Assembly: GCF_001194135.2 (NCBI RefSeq)
Contig: NC_068981.1
Location: 62,093,696 to 62,152,033 of the forward strand
DNA: 58,338 nt
Direction: 5' to 3'
Source of the DNA: Octopus bimaculoides
Lineage: Eukaryota
The notes below the pieces were generated by a model. That model had not been told where the DNA came from, did not search any database, and saw only the letters and a program-made list of their open reading frames with translations. Made by a program: the position numbers and the translations under genes. Below are positions 24,937-37,673 of the stretch, piece after piece (within the stretch, counting starts at the first letter, position 1; every line of letters starts with the position of its first letter).

Positions 24937-25347
24937 AATGTTAAATCTCTGAACGAGGTATAAACAGCAGCTGCAACGACGTGAAGTATATTTGCCACTT
25001 AAATGCGGCTAAACCCTAAGGGTGAATGCTACTGTAGCTTTTAGCCCCAGGAGAACATCTCCTCCAGCTGGCTATTGACACACTTTCTGTGCTCTGTCGG
25101 TATTTGCAAAGGGAAGTCATCCTTCCCATCGTCGATCTAACGTGATACGCACGAACCCGGGTCTGTAGGTATGTACCCTTCATCAGCGTACGACAATCAC
25201 CGATCTTCGATGCGAAGGGCTCCCAATGCAAATACATATATCCTTTTTCCAGTGACGAACATTCACTGATCTCGAAAAATTATAAACAAGCAATGTTAAA
25301 TCTCTGAACGAGGTATAAACAGCAGCTGCACGAAAACGTGAAGTATA
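24937..25347 (-). mobile_element. ~355-bp unit flanked by ~55-bp direct repeats, containing a hammerhead-like motif
   Basis: 24937-24975 equals 25292-25330 exactly (39 bp), and similarity continues with an indel to 24990/25347. Confidence 0.6.
25148..25192 (-). ncRNA. Degenerate minimal type-I hammerhead ribozyme candidate
   Basis: CGUACG-CUGAUGA-a-GGGUA/UACCU-ACAG-ACCCGGGU-U-CGUGCG. Stem I has 6 bp and the stem III segment is palindromic, but the GAAA core is not intact. Confidence 0.45.
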
Positions 25348-27072
25348 CTAATTAAGACTACTAATTAATTTCAAATTAATGGTAATGTTTCATTATTATT
25401 TCTCTTTACATCTAATCGCTTTTCTTGATATATTACTTATATTGTCAGCTCAGTGTTTATAGTCAAATACTGAATTGTTCTTCAATTACTGACATTATTC
25501 TACAATTCCGCATGCAAAACTAGAATGTTTAGAAATCCGTTTTTGTTTCTTTTCTCTTCCAAACTCAGTTAAATACTTTTTTTTTTAGGTTTACATGTCT
25601 AGAAGTGTTTTAGTAGTCTCATATGCATTATTTTTTCCTTGCCCGTTATAAAGTTCCTAGAGTCTACATCTTTAGAGGTACACATGTTCAAAATAAATGA
25701 AAAATATTTGCTCCCTTAAAATGCATGTGTTACTATATAACTCAGCTATTTGGTGATTAAGGAACATGTGTTATCTACCATTCACGATCCGAACGGAATA
25801 TTTATTTGCATCTTACGATGTTAACTCATGCCTAGCATTTACTTTAGACAATAGTATTACAAAAGCATGCCTCATCCCACATTGAATCAAATAAACGGGG
25901 CGAACTCTGGTATTTTGAATTTTGAAATAGCTAAAGATCTTTGATTGGCTTTTGTCGTTGTAAATTTGGAGTAGATCAATAAATATATAGCTTAACTCAA
26001 TGACATGCGTGCAACAGAAAGTTAATTTTAAAATAAATTATCGTTTGTATATTTAATATCTTTTGCATCACGCTTCAGAACCAAAACTTGCTCTGCGCAT
26101 ATCAACATTTTCAGATCTGGTACTAAATACCCAGCCTTCATAAAGGAAAAGAGAGACAGACAGACAGGAAAAAGGAAAATGTCCTACCTATTTGAAGACT
26201 ATGGAAATATTTACAAGACATTTCATTTAATGTTTTCGTTAATTTAATTGTTTTTCTCCTTATTAACATACATCTTTGTTTTACACTTAGTTGAAAAATC
26301 GGAAAAACTAAAACCGGTACTAACTGTTACAAAATGTATTTCATGATAAAATTATTTTATCATTTTCTGCCTTGTCTTATTTTCCTTATATAATGTCAAA
26401 TATTTATATCGAGAGAGTACATTAAATTACTTGTGTTAACAGCATTTCGTTTCATTGTCATAATATTCTATCAAACTATGCGACGATTTTAAACAATTTG
26501 CCTGTACAAAATGTGTGCGGATACACAAAGAAGGAAAAGCTGTATATATTATTAGTCATTACCTTCAGCCCTGCTTGACTCGTTTAATTATCTAGAAGCC
26601 CAATGCATTAGAGGTTAAAATAAAAGGGAAAATCAGTTTCCATAGTTTTCAATTTCCTGGTTGCGAGATTGAAGATGAACCCTCAATTGTTGCTTCCAAA
26701 ATTTTACATCGATACGGTCATCGTTAAAACAAAGTGAATACAGCACTTTTTCTAGAGATTAGAGATTTTATTGTGCGAGAGACTAAGAGTTATTACAGTT
26801 TTTGTACTTATTTACTTGTAATTACTTAAAATGAAAATAAGTATGAAAATAACACTTACAAAAAGAAAGGTCTTTGTTTTGTACCCGTTTGACACACATA
26901 TGCTTAAATTACTGGTTTGTTAACAGTGTTTCGTTCCGTTACTGTAAATTATTATAGAACATATCAATAGATAACAAACAGTTCTACCGAAAAAGTTTTA
27001 AGTATACAAATTTGTCTAACGAGTTTGCTGTAAGTCCTAATAAAAGAGGTTTAATAAGCAATGTAATGCAGT

Positions 27073-27405
27073 GAAGGCTCATTGCTCAGTGGTTAGGATG
27101 TCGGGCTTACATTTGTCAGGGTGGGAGTTCGATTCCCAGACCAGGCTGTGTGATGAGCCAGACATTTTATGTTGCGTAGCTCCAAATACATGCGTGTGCG
27201 TCTGTATGGATACATATTTCTGTAGAAATAATTTGCGATGTCACTGGTATGCTTGAATTACACCGTGTGGAGAAGGAAGGCTGTTATGTACAGGTGACTG
27301 TTGGTTACCCATAAACAACTTTGCCCGATCTTCTTCCCTGGAGAGAAACGTTCTAGGTGCAATCCTATATCATTTATGACCGAGGAGGGTTTTTTAACCT
27401 TTACC
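27073..27405 (+). mobile_element. tRNA-derived SINE family D, diverged
   Basis: A box ttgctcagtggttagg and B box gttcgattccc, followed by ~270 bp of non-tRNA body. No acceptor stem. Confidence 0.65.
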
Positions 27406-28499
27406 CACTTGTTATTGAAATGACACACCTTGATTGTTATTATTCTTTTGTACATTTTATACAAATATGTCGGTGGGTGTTTTCGCGCGCGCGTATTTGT
27501 GAATGCGTGTGTATGTGCGTGTGGGTGTGTGTTTATGTGTTTGGTATCAGCTATACATAACGTTCCCTCTGATTACGCGTGTGGATCTATTTTATAGAAA
27601 AACCTTTAATATTGCTAGCATTCACTAATGTTTCATTGCTTCATGAAGAGATACTGTATAGCAACAATATTTTAATATATTTATTTTCACTACGAAGAAT
27701 GCATTATGGAATCAATCTAAGAGCATATTCATCACATCCTTTATGAATGACATCTATGACTACTATTTCTATGGCTGATAGCAGTGATCTTTTTGCGGAA
27801 CTAGGTGACCTAGGTCATTCTTATCGAATGGTAAACTCACATGAATTTCCAACATTATGTGAGTTTTACCGCTGTTCATTGTTTGATTGATACCCGCATA
27901 CATAACCGTATATTTTAAATAACACTACCTAAAGTTGCTGATAGTGTTAATTTTTGCCATTAAATATTAACTCCCGCTTCAGACCTGTCTGACTTGGTTA
28001 AACGAGGTAAAAAAATTCGTCTTCTATAACTGATTTGATCTTAGGTATGCAAAAGGTCAACTATTACAATCTAGGCGAAGAGCCATCATATAATTACATA
28101 TGTATATATATATATATCAAACGAATGTAGTCACTTGGGTGTCAGGAATACACAAAATCATAAAAGCAAAAATCATATGTACGTATGTAATATACAAGTA
28201 TATATATATATATATACATGTGTGTGCGCCTGTATGGATACATATAGTTTGTATATTTTATATAGGACAATTTTAAGTGGTTATTCGTATTTTCATACAC
28301 GTCTTTTATACTTGATCTGGAACAATGTAGTTGCAAAGTTTATCAAATTTTCTATACATAATCTTACTTGTATGAAATAGTATTTCGATGTATTTTTTTC
28401 GGGAATAAGTGAGACACTCAGTTGAAGGATTATTGCTAATTTCACTCAATTTATTTAGAAACATATTATCCAATACGCGCTCTAAAGTGTAAAATGATT

Positions 28500-28900
28500 T
28501 GAAGTGATTTGACCGAAAAAATCAATCGCATTTGTGAATGTCTCTAAAGCATTTGATCGTTTAAATTGAAGGACATTGTTACATAGTCCGCTTAGACAAT
28601 GCATCCCAGGTAAAATTGAGAAAGCCATCACCGTCATGTACAGAGTTTGGAACAACAGCATGGCAAAGTGAACGTAGGAACGTAAGCAAGTGTAATTTAA
28701 GACGATTGATAAATTGGTGGACGAGGAAAATACGGCCTTTCGGCCCAAAAGGTATGATGGTGAATACCTGGAAGAAATTTTGAATAGATATGGAAAGACG
28801 AACAGCAAGAGGGGAGATAGATATCGACCGGCTAGCTAAGCGTTCGGTGCAAAAAAAGGCAGAGAAATGGAAAAACTGGTTACGGGTGACGTATGAACCG
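28500..28900 (+). mobile_element. RTE-like LINE remnant
   Basis: AFVNVSKAFDRLN*RTLLH...IPGKIEKAITVMY resembles RT domain 2. Downstream residues are only weakly similar. Confidence 0.45.
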
Positions 28901-29029
28901 TGGATATGTATGCATCTGTGGGAGTGTGTGTGTGCGTGTGTGTGTGTGTGTGTGCACGCGAGCGTGTCTGTGTCTGTGTGTCTGTGTCTGTGTCTGTGTC
29001 TGTGTGTACATTCTGATTAAAATAATTTT

Positions 29030-29260
29030 GGTAATTTGGGGTGCCATATTTCGAATTACCATTATCACCGCAGATACAGAAAATCCTGCGCTATGTATCC
29101 CTACTCTCTGCACAGAGACTGACATTGCTTTTCATACAATCAGAGCTGTTAAAAGAGAATTATCCAAGTTTATGGCTTTGTAGGAAATTAGTGCATCAGA
29201 CAGAGATATCGTGTTGTATTTATTTCGATTCTGTGTATTTTGAATCAAATGTCCCCTACT
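29030..29260 (-). mobile_element. Possible Helitron/PIF1 helicase C-terminal remnant
   Basis: ISLSDALISYK...LTALIV*KAMSVSVQRVGIH resembles the TINKAQGQSLQRVGIY motif region. Weak. Confidence 0.3.
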
Positions 29261-29509
29261 TTGAAACGAAAATATCAGGAGACCCTGAAAATCTAATATT
29301 TCAACTAGATCATTAGTAATAAGAACAAATATGACATTCTAAATGAGCAAATCTAATCAAGGGGTATTAGGAGTTGTCTTATTGAAAAACATATTTTTAT
29401 TTCCAAAAAATGAGATGTAGGAAACAGCTTTTGTACAAACCACATATTCATACAAAACGCATACAATCCTTCTAGGATATAATTCTTGCTTTGGAAACAT
29501 AACATTGTA

Positions 29510-29549
<40 letters not shown>

Positions 29550-30168
29550 TATANNNNNNNNNNNNNNNNNNNNNNNNNNNNNNNNNNNNNNNNNNNNNNN
29601 NNNNNNNNNNNNNNNNNNNNNNNNNNNNNNNNNNNNNNNNNNNNNNNNNNNNNNNNNNNNNNNNNNNNNNNNNNNNNNNNNNNNNNNNNNNNNNNNNNNN
29701 NNNNNNNNNNNNNNNNNNNNNNNNNNNNNNNNNNNNNNNNNNNNNNNNNNNNNNNNNNNNNNNNNNNNNNNNNNNNNNNNNNNNNNNNNNNNNNNNNNNN
29801 NNNNNNNNNNNNNTTTTTTTTTTTTTTTTTTGCCAAATGCTAGGTTGTTTACGCTGAATAGAAAACACAGCTAAGGATGAAGTATTATTTTATCATAGTG
29901 GAAATATAGTGTATATTCTTGTTTCAACTTTCAAGGAAATCTAACAAACAGCATCTTACAACATTAGCCGATGAACCAGAAAGATATATTGCATAGCTTA
30001 AAGAAAGTGCATGAGATTAATATATCGTTTAACTCTGGGCATTAGATGCTTCAGCAGCAATCTGTTTGTACGCACACACACACACACGCATACGTGCACA
30101 GACACATACATACACACACATATTTCTACACACACACACACACATATATATATATACACGCGCGCGCG

Positions 30169-30900
30169 CACGGTAAGTTCGAGTTAAATCTGACATTGTG
30201 TTCTTTGCATAAAAGGAAAGAACACAATATGCCATTGAAAAATTAAGTATTTTAAGAAAGATAAAACTATCACGTGGATTGTAGCTGAAAAATAATTGTT
30301 TATTCAGCATCTACCACAGCCCTTAAGATGCATCTGTTCCACACTCTTTGCCCCTGAGGATCTTCCAAAATCTCCTTGGTCTTGGTCATCAGTTCTGCCT
30401 TAGTGTCGCAGGCAGAGCGGATGATGTCCTTCTCAACTGTACCTCACAAATAATAATCGATGTGATTGTAATCAGTGGAATGAGGGGGCCACAAATTGGG
30501 ACTGCTGTTGTCTGATGTTTTTGAAATTCTCCAAACAACCACGTCTAACTCTTTCCAGGGCTATGGTAAAGAGCCGAATCCTGCTGTCACACATATGATC
30601 TTCCAACAACAAGCGAATCCAGCCAGTGGTTAACCATGATCTCAAGCAGATTCACATAGACGTCTACATTGAACCCAACACCCTGTTTAAAGACTTGCCT
30701 CGAACGAATCGAAGGCAACGTCTACCTCCGTGGGATGTGATCACAGAGCATAAAGATGAAGAAAATGCAGGTAACACATATTTCCTGCAGTGTTTAAGAT
30801 TCTGCCAGCTCACAGTCTTGTTCATATATTACATATTAGATTGGCATTAAACAATTTACCGCTTTTATTTTAATTACACCATTCAACTCAAGCTATCCTG
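30169..30900 (-). mobile_element. DD37D-type element, internally deleted, degenerate TIRs
   Basis: TVEKDIIRSACDTKAELMTKTKEIL and a decayed QQDS region. Imperfect inverted ends cggtaagttcgagttaaat / attcaactcaagctatcctg. Confidence 0.65.
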
Positions 30901-30905
30901 ATATA

Positions 30906-32150
30906 CGAGGTGTGTCCGTTATAGATTCCCCCTGAACCACTTCCCCAGTACTAAGCGATAAACTTGGCATAATTGCTATTCTTCCTCTACAGAACCATCA
31001 TAAATTGTGACACACTTCTTCCATCGCTTTATGCTGCTGCGAAGACCTCGTCTGTAGAAGTCGGTAGGTTGTATCTGGAGGCACGACTTATCTCGGAAAT
31101 AAGTCCATCTTCATCCAAAAATTGCTTCACCTTTAAAAACAAACTTGATGTTTGGAAAGATGTGGAAGTAAGATAGTGCAAGGTCGGGAGAGTAAGGAGG
31201 ATGAGGATTTCATAGCTGAAGGAGTGTGCTTTCATCTGGACAACATGTGCATTGGGAACTAGGGCGTTGTGTTAGACGAGGCGAAATTCTTTGGTCAGCA
31301 TGTTAGGCCTCGCTACTTTGATAGATTTCCGCAATTTCTGCAATTTCTGCAACAGAGTCTCTTAATATGCCCCGTTATGTCGTTTTGTCGAGCCTTTTGT
31401 CTGAAAATCCATCATACCTACACCACGCACTGGTCCCAAAAGACAGTGAGAATCATTCTGCCTGGTGAGGGTTCGAAATAAGCCTTCTTTGGAGGTGTTG
31501 AGTTATCATGTTATCATTGCGTCAATGGACCCATGTTTCATCCTGGGTGATGAGTCTGCCAAGAAAGTCCTCCTCGTTTTCTTGCCACATCGCCAAAAAT
31601 GTTTGGGAGCAATTGACTCGTTCCTGTTTCATAAAAGGTGTGAGCATCCGAGGAATCCATTTTGCAAATAACTTTTGCATATACAAATGGTCGTGAATGA
31701 TTTTTCCAACGGACCCTACACTTCTTGGACTCGTTGTCCATCCTCCAAAATGGCGGCTTCCAATTTATGGATGCTGTCGTCATGAATGCAGGAATGTTGT
31801 CGTCCAGGAATAGGAGCAGTTTCCACCGATGTCCCTCTACATTTGAACTGGCTACGCCAGTGCTTAACTACGCCGTATAATGGTCCATCATCACCATAAA
31901 CTTTTTCATCTCATTGAAATTCTCTTTTGGTGTACGACCCTTCAAATATAAGAACCTGATCACTGATTTGCATTCAACTGCCTCCTTATAACACCTTAGT
32001 TCACTTCAGCAGCCGTAAAAGATAAATGCATACTAGTGGAAAGCTACATCTTACAATATGACATGTAGAAATATGTATGATTATACATGCACAAGTTCCG
32101 TTTCCAGCAATAACCGGAAGTAGGTTAGGGGAATTTGTTTTAATTAATAA
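30906..32150 (-). mobile_element. mariner (DD34D) element, near full length, degenerate
   Basis: TA|CGAGGTGTGTCC terminus with partial inverted match at ~32116-32140. ECKSVIRFLYLKGRTPKE, RLITQDETW, ILTVFWDQ and PYSPDLA motifs across frameshifts. Confidence 0.88.
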
Positions 32151-35100
32151 GTTAGATATTGGTGCAAAATCTTTTCGCGAGTGGAGATTATTTTATACCA
32201 TTTTAAAGAAGTTTTGGATGATATTTCTAAAAATGTTTAATAGAGGCATTTTCCAGAATAGTAAAACTCAGAAAGTGAAAGTGGTAAATGGTAAATATTT
32301 GAACAGAATACTGTACATATAAGGTTTATTATTAAGTATAAAGCGCCGGACAAATTCTTCACCCCGGCCGATTTCACAATGTCTTCCATTATTCCTTGTT
32401 TTCACACAACCACTTATGTAATAAAGAGGGCAAACTCGGTTGGCGAGCATCTGCATGGGATGCTGAGAAACTGTCATGATATATATATATATATATATAA
32501 TTGTTTTAATCTTACTACAGAAAAACCGACCTCTGGGCGGTTTTCTGCTAGGCACGTGATAATATTTTCACATTTGATTCCCATTTCTAATAATTTACTA
32601 TTTTACGTCTAGTTGATTCTTTTATAATAGTGCTCATTTGCTTAGTTAATATTGCTTTCATTATTTTATCACAGTCATAATCTTTCTTTTTTAAACAAAC
32701 GTCTCAGTAGTCCAACAACAGAGGGAGAAGCAGTATGTCAAGTTTTACCTTCCCCTTAAAACAACATAGAGATTACAATTCCGCAGCCCATCTGTAAGCT
32801 TTGCAGTGTGTGTAAGAGAAAGAGAGATACCATTGCAAACAAAGAATGAAAAAATCGTATGCATAAAAGGGCATTAATACAGGTGTATACACCCCCAACT
32901 TTGTTGCCTCATAACATCCAGAAAAATGGATACTTTTTAATAAAAGTTTCTACAAAACCGCTTAGATGTTGTGGCTTCAGATTAGTTATGGAGTTATAGG
33001 AATGAAGCTTTGCGAAGGGGTGCAGAGAGGAGTTTCAGAAAATTCACACGATCTGACGTTTTCTCCTCATAACTTTCAGGAAGATGGGTATCTTTTAATG
33101 AAAATTTATACAAATCCCTTTTAAATGGCATAGAGTACGATTATAAAGAAATTTGTGGGCAAAATGTTTCGGGAATTTTCTCCATTTTTTTTTAAACCAC
33201 AGCCCTCGAAATCATGGGATTGCGGGACAACTTTGTATGAAAAANNNNNNNNNNNNNNNNNNNNNNNNNNNNNNNNNNNNNNNNNNNNNNNNNNNNNNNN
33301 NNNNNNNNNNNNNNNNNNNNNNNNNNNNNNNNNNNNNNNNNNNNNNNNNNNNNNNNNNNNNNNNNNNNNNNNNNNNNNNNNNNNNNNNNNNNNNNNNNNN
33401 NNNNNNNNNNNNNNNNNNNNNNNNNNNNNNNNNNNNNNNNNNNNNNNNNNNNNATGAAAAAGAAAATTTGAAAAATTATGAATCTTTTCCAGCCCCGCTC
33501 ACAGCTCCCGATTGTTTCTGCTCAGAAATTAAAATATTGGAGAGCCTGAGAAGGTCATTGCTTGCATTTATCCACAGTGATTTTTAAAAATTGCGAAGAT
33601 GTACTTGCATAGAAAGTGACATGATCTGAGATCATGTGCTGAAAGATAAACAATTGCAGCATGGAAGATATTTGTAACCCATCCAAGAACACACAAATAC
33701 CGTTAATTTCACTTAACATTGAAACTCCATTTGTGCCAAAATATTTTCGTCGCTTTGAAACCGCGACCTGTTCATTGACAAAACTTCACAAAAGTGATGC
33801 AGTACGAAGTTGTATCAGTGAACAGCACACACAAGCACAAACATACACACACACACGCACGTAGGCAGACACACACACACACACACACATACACACACAG
33901 TTTCATAGCCTTTCATTTGTGCGTCTGTGTATCTATGCGGGTGCGCGAGTGTTCGTGTGTGTGTGTGTGTGTTCGTGTATGTGTGTGTATGTGTGTGTGT
34001 GTATCACTATTGAAGTTGTTTGGAAACTGTGAATAAGGTGCAAGTTTCAAAGACTTGTCGGTAATCTTTTGATTTTCTCCTCGTCTTCTAATAGTAATTA
34101 CCCAACTTTTCTTTTAGTACTTTTAGTAATTGTTACATACCTAATAAATAAGCAGCTTTCTCCATTATAGTATAGATTACAAAAACCTGGCTTCCTGAAC
34201 TGTGTCAGAAAATACTTCCACTCTGATAAGCTTCGGACCCTCCAGAACTATCAGCAGTGGATTTGAGATTCTATCGTTTAGTTTTGTAACATAACGCTTG
34301 TGACACATTCCAAGTTAAAAATATTTACACAAACTTAAAGATACAGTCGCCGGTACCCTAGATGCTGTTCATACTCTCGCTGCATCTTGTATATTGATGT
34401 GCGCTTAATCTTTTCTGTAATAGCAATCGACATACCTTCGCACATTTTATGTTATTGAGACTCATGTTTCTCTTTAAAATTTTGTGAATTACTTTCTAAT
34501 ACTGAGCAGGTATTTTGCTTAATCATATATCCGCGGACATTCAGCTTTCTATAATTTCATTTTGACATATGATTTATTTTCATATTTTACTTTACAGATA
34601 CACATATCTATCATCAACTCCTTTAATTTCACATTCAGTTAAGATCTTTAAATCCCAATGTCACACACATCATGTGACGAATTAAGGATAAAATTTCTCA
34701 TGTATCACATTTATTGAGAGTTAATGTAATGCGTTACAAGGCTTACAGAGGATCTTAAACAAGCAGAGTATTTGACGCGTATAAGGAACATTTAGATAAA
34801 GGAGTAAAAACAACTTTTAGTGTATTTGTAATAGCTTAACATGAAATACATGCCCTCTCCTACGTATGAAGTATGGGGTACACAATTCTGTTTTAAAGTA
34901 ATCCATCAAATTTGTGCGTATGAAAATGATTTTTGTTGCGAAACAATTTTACGATTATAACAGAATACATCTACAGTCCAATATATATTATCACTATCGA
35001 ATAGAATCATCAAATTTGCAGTTACATGCACTTTAAAGCATAGCCATTTCGAAGACGAATGCCTCCGTACAAATAACCGTTTAAAGAAACCACTGCTTGT

Positions 35101-35220
35101 AGCATATACAGAATTAAATGACAGATATAATTTTATTGCTAATTCTAATAATTTGGATCCTAATTTTTAATTTGGCTGCATATGAGATAAATTTCTCTCA
35201 CCAGAATCGTTCCTAGTATG

Positions 35221-35222
<2 letters not shown>

Positions 35223-35260
<38 letters not shown>
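35223..35260 (+). repeat. (CAT)n microsatellite
   Basis: Direct reading. Confidence 0.97.
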
Positions 35261-35415
35261 GGCTGGAGTTCTTTTACAGGTCTTACAAAACCTGAACGAC
35301 CGCTGCAATAAGCGTTTGAAACTGAGAGGGGAATATATTGAATGAAATCATAATTAACTGACCTACCTCTATTTTTCTTTTACCCAAAGCCAGAAACCGG
35401 TCAGCAACCTCTCAT
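35261..35415 (+). mobile_element. mariner-derived MITE, 3' half (family of 49223-49443)
   Basis: Shares gttcttttacag...gaccg.tgcaataag...gagaggggaatat.ttgaat.aaatc.taattaact with the 49.2 kb copy. Confidence 0.7.
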
Positions 35416-36300
35416 ACAAGTAACACAAAAGGTCAAATTTCATAACAAGTCTTAAAACGATTCAACTAAAAACCTATGAACTACCTATTCAAATCACGCC
35501 CTATCATTTAAAAATTAACAAAGAAGCACAATTTGTACATTGGAAATCCAGACACATTTCTTGTGAATAAAGTCGGTGGTAATAATGTCTGTGATGTCTT
35601 TGATTACAATATGTTTAACAATGGATGAAAAGGGGCTGTACAATGAACTTTGAGAAACTTCTAAAATGGTGACTATTGCAAATTTTTATGATTTCCAGTT
35701 CTTTATTCGAGAGAGATTTTCAATGCAAATCACAGCAAATACAGCATGTATTTTCTTACATCTTTTCCTTTGCTTTATTTCAAAGAAAAGTAAACAGCTT
35801 GTGTGGACTTTTATTGATAAAATACTGATAGTTATTTATTAAATGATTTCTGGAATAGTATTCAGTAGAGATATTGTAGTATGACTGGTTATAATAGCAG
35901 AGAGATAGGGAGGGAGGGGGAGGGAGACAGAGAGGGACAGACATAGATATATAGACAGATAAGCGGAGAACAACAACAAAAATATATACTGTTTATTTTA
36001 GACACATAATTTAAAATTAGAAAATATATTTTGTCATGTTTTCATTTTACACAGAAAATCAGATCAACAAATAAAACAGACGTAAAAATGTCTATTGTCC
36101 TCTAATTCTATACTTCATAAAATGTTGCTTTTGGTCCTATCATGATTCAATTATATTTTACCTGACTTATTTTTATAATCAGAACGTAGATTCCCAGATC
36201 ATATGTGTTCAAACCTATGTGTGGGTGTGAGCGTGTAAGTGTGAGTTTATGCCCATGTATGCATGTGTGTGTATACATACGTATATACATAACATATGTA

Positions 36301-36321
36301 TATAGATAGATAGATAGATAT

Positions 36322-36369
<48 letters not shown>

Positions 36370-36412
36370 GTAGGTAGATAAATAGATAGATAGATAAATA
36401 GATAGATAGATA
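36301..36412 (+). repeat. (GATA)n microsatellite
   Basis: Direct reading. Confidence 0.97.
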
Positions 36413-36634
36413 TGCATATACAAATATGTCGAAGATAATATATGTGGTGTACTAACTGATTTAAAATAACCACCTGTTACTATTTCCAAACATACCACTT
36501 TCGAAATCACGAACAGAAACATTCTATTGTACCTGTTAGATATTTAGTGGTCATCGACTGTTCAACTGCTTACTTGAGAAACAGCAGAAGTATAAAAAAA
36601 ATCCACTAAAATATTAAAACCATTGGAGACATAC

Positions 36635-36800
36635 CTGTAGTGAGGTCAATTTCTATTATAGCATATTGTAGTCGACTAGCCTTTTACAGGCTCCACACGT
36701 TAACCGTTAATGACCTATCATGTGAGTTTGCACTATTTGATGGAGGCCTGTACTTAGATTGGTCGAGTTTTGTGCGGGATATTGACCTCGGATCCAATCA
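36635..36800 (-). promoter_or_regulatory. Candidate promoter and first non-coding exon
   Basis: Two oppositely oriented CCAAT boxes (36758-62, 36794-98), Inr-like TCATT (36713-36709) and donor CAG|GTATGT at 36635/36634. Motifs only. Confidence 0.3.
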
Positions 36801-37279
36801 CGCGCTGTGAAATACATTCTAAAATAACTAACACGGACCATCGCTGGAACCCATGTTTGTTTATACAATGTGTTGATAAATCTTGTATAGACAGAGAGGT
36901 AAAAGGATTCCAGGAGGACGGGTTATATTTTCATGCTCTTATAATAAAGCACTTGTAACAAACGACGGTCAGAGCTGAATTAATCAAAGGATGGATGACC
37001 TATACAACCACCGAAATCTTTGATTCGCTTAATTGCTCCACTATAATTTATCGGAGGAATAAATTCATGTTGTTATTTTAAAGTTTGCTTTTGTAATATT
37101 CCCACGAGTTAACACGCAACACATATTAGATAATTGTATGCAAGATTTCGTAGTAAACAAAGAGAGACTTTATAACCGCACAGCTAAACTCCAAACGAAG
37201 ATACCGAATTAGATAAACACTTAGGGAAAACCACCTGCTACAAACGCATCATCGATGGACTTACTGTCATAAAATAACA

Positions 37280-37345
37280 ATAAAACCGATAGAAAAGAAT
37301 TTAAGGCGGTGCTCCAGCATTGCAGCAGTCCTACGATTGAATGCT
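37280..37345 (+). mobile_element. SINE family C 3' fragment
   Basis: aaaccgatagaa...aaggcggtgctccagcattgcagcagtc. Confidence 0.6.
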
Positions 37346-37512
37346 TTAAAAGAATTTTAAAAAAACGTTTGGACAAAATAATGGAAACACTTTCCTAAGT
37401 AGATTTTCTGCTATCATTTGTAAGGAGACACATTAGGAAGAGGAATTCTATTAAAGAAGGGAATTCACTAAGAAAGCAATTACGAAAGAGAAAATAGAAG
37501 CGAAACCGAACG

Positions 37513-37515
<3 letters not shown>

Positions 37516-37583
<68 letters not shown>

Positions 37584-37641
37584 TGCAGCAGCAGCAGCAA
37601 CAACAGCAGTAGCAGCAGTAGTAGTAGTATTAGTAGTAGTG

Positions 37642-37673
<32 letters not shown>

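Noticed and set aside
24937-25347. CRISPR-like repeat
   Set aside because: Only two repeats with a ~300-bp interval, in eukaryotic DNA.
26564-26592. Possible 29-nt minus-strand exon (ctag| ... AAG|GTAATG)
   Set aside because: Splice-like signals of this strength are expected by chance in 58 kb.
27073-27145. tRNA gene (likewise the heads at 40120 and 17507)
   Set aside because: A and B boxes are present but there is no cloverleaf or acceptor stem, and each continues into a SINE body.
32519-32552. Hairpin followed by CTAG as a Helitron end
   Set aside because: AT-rich stem, no spacer, and followed by G rather than T.
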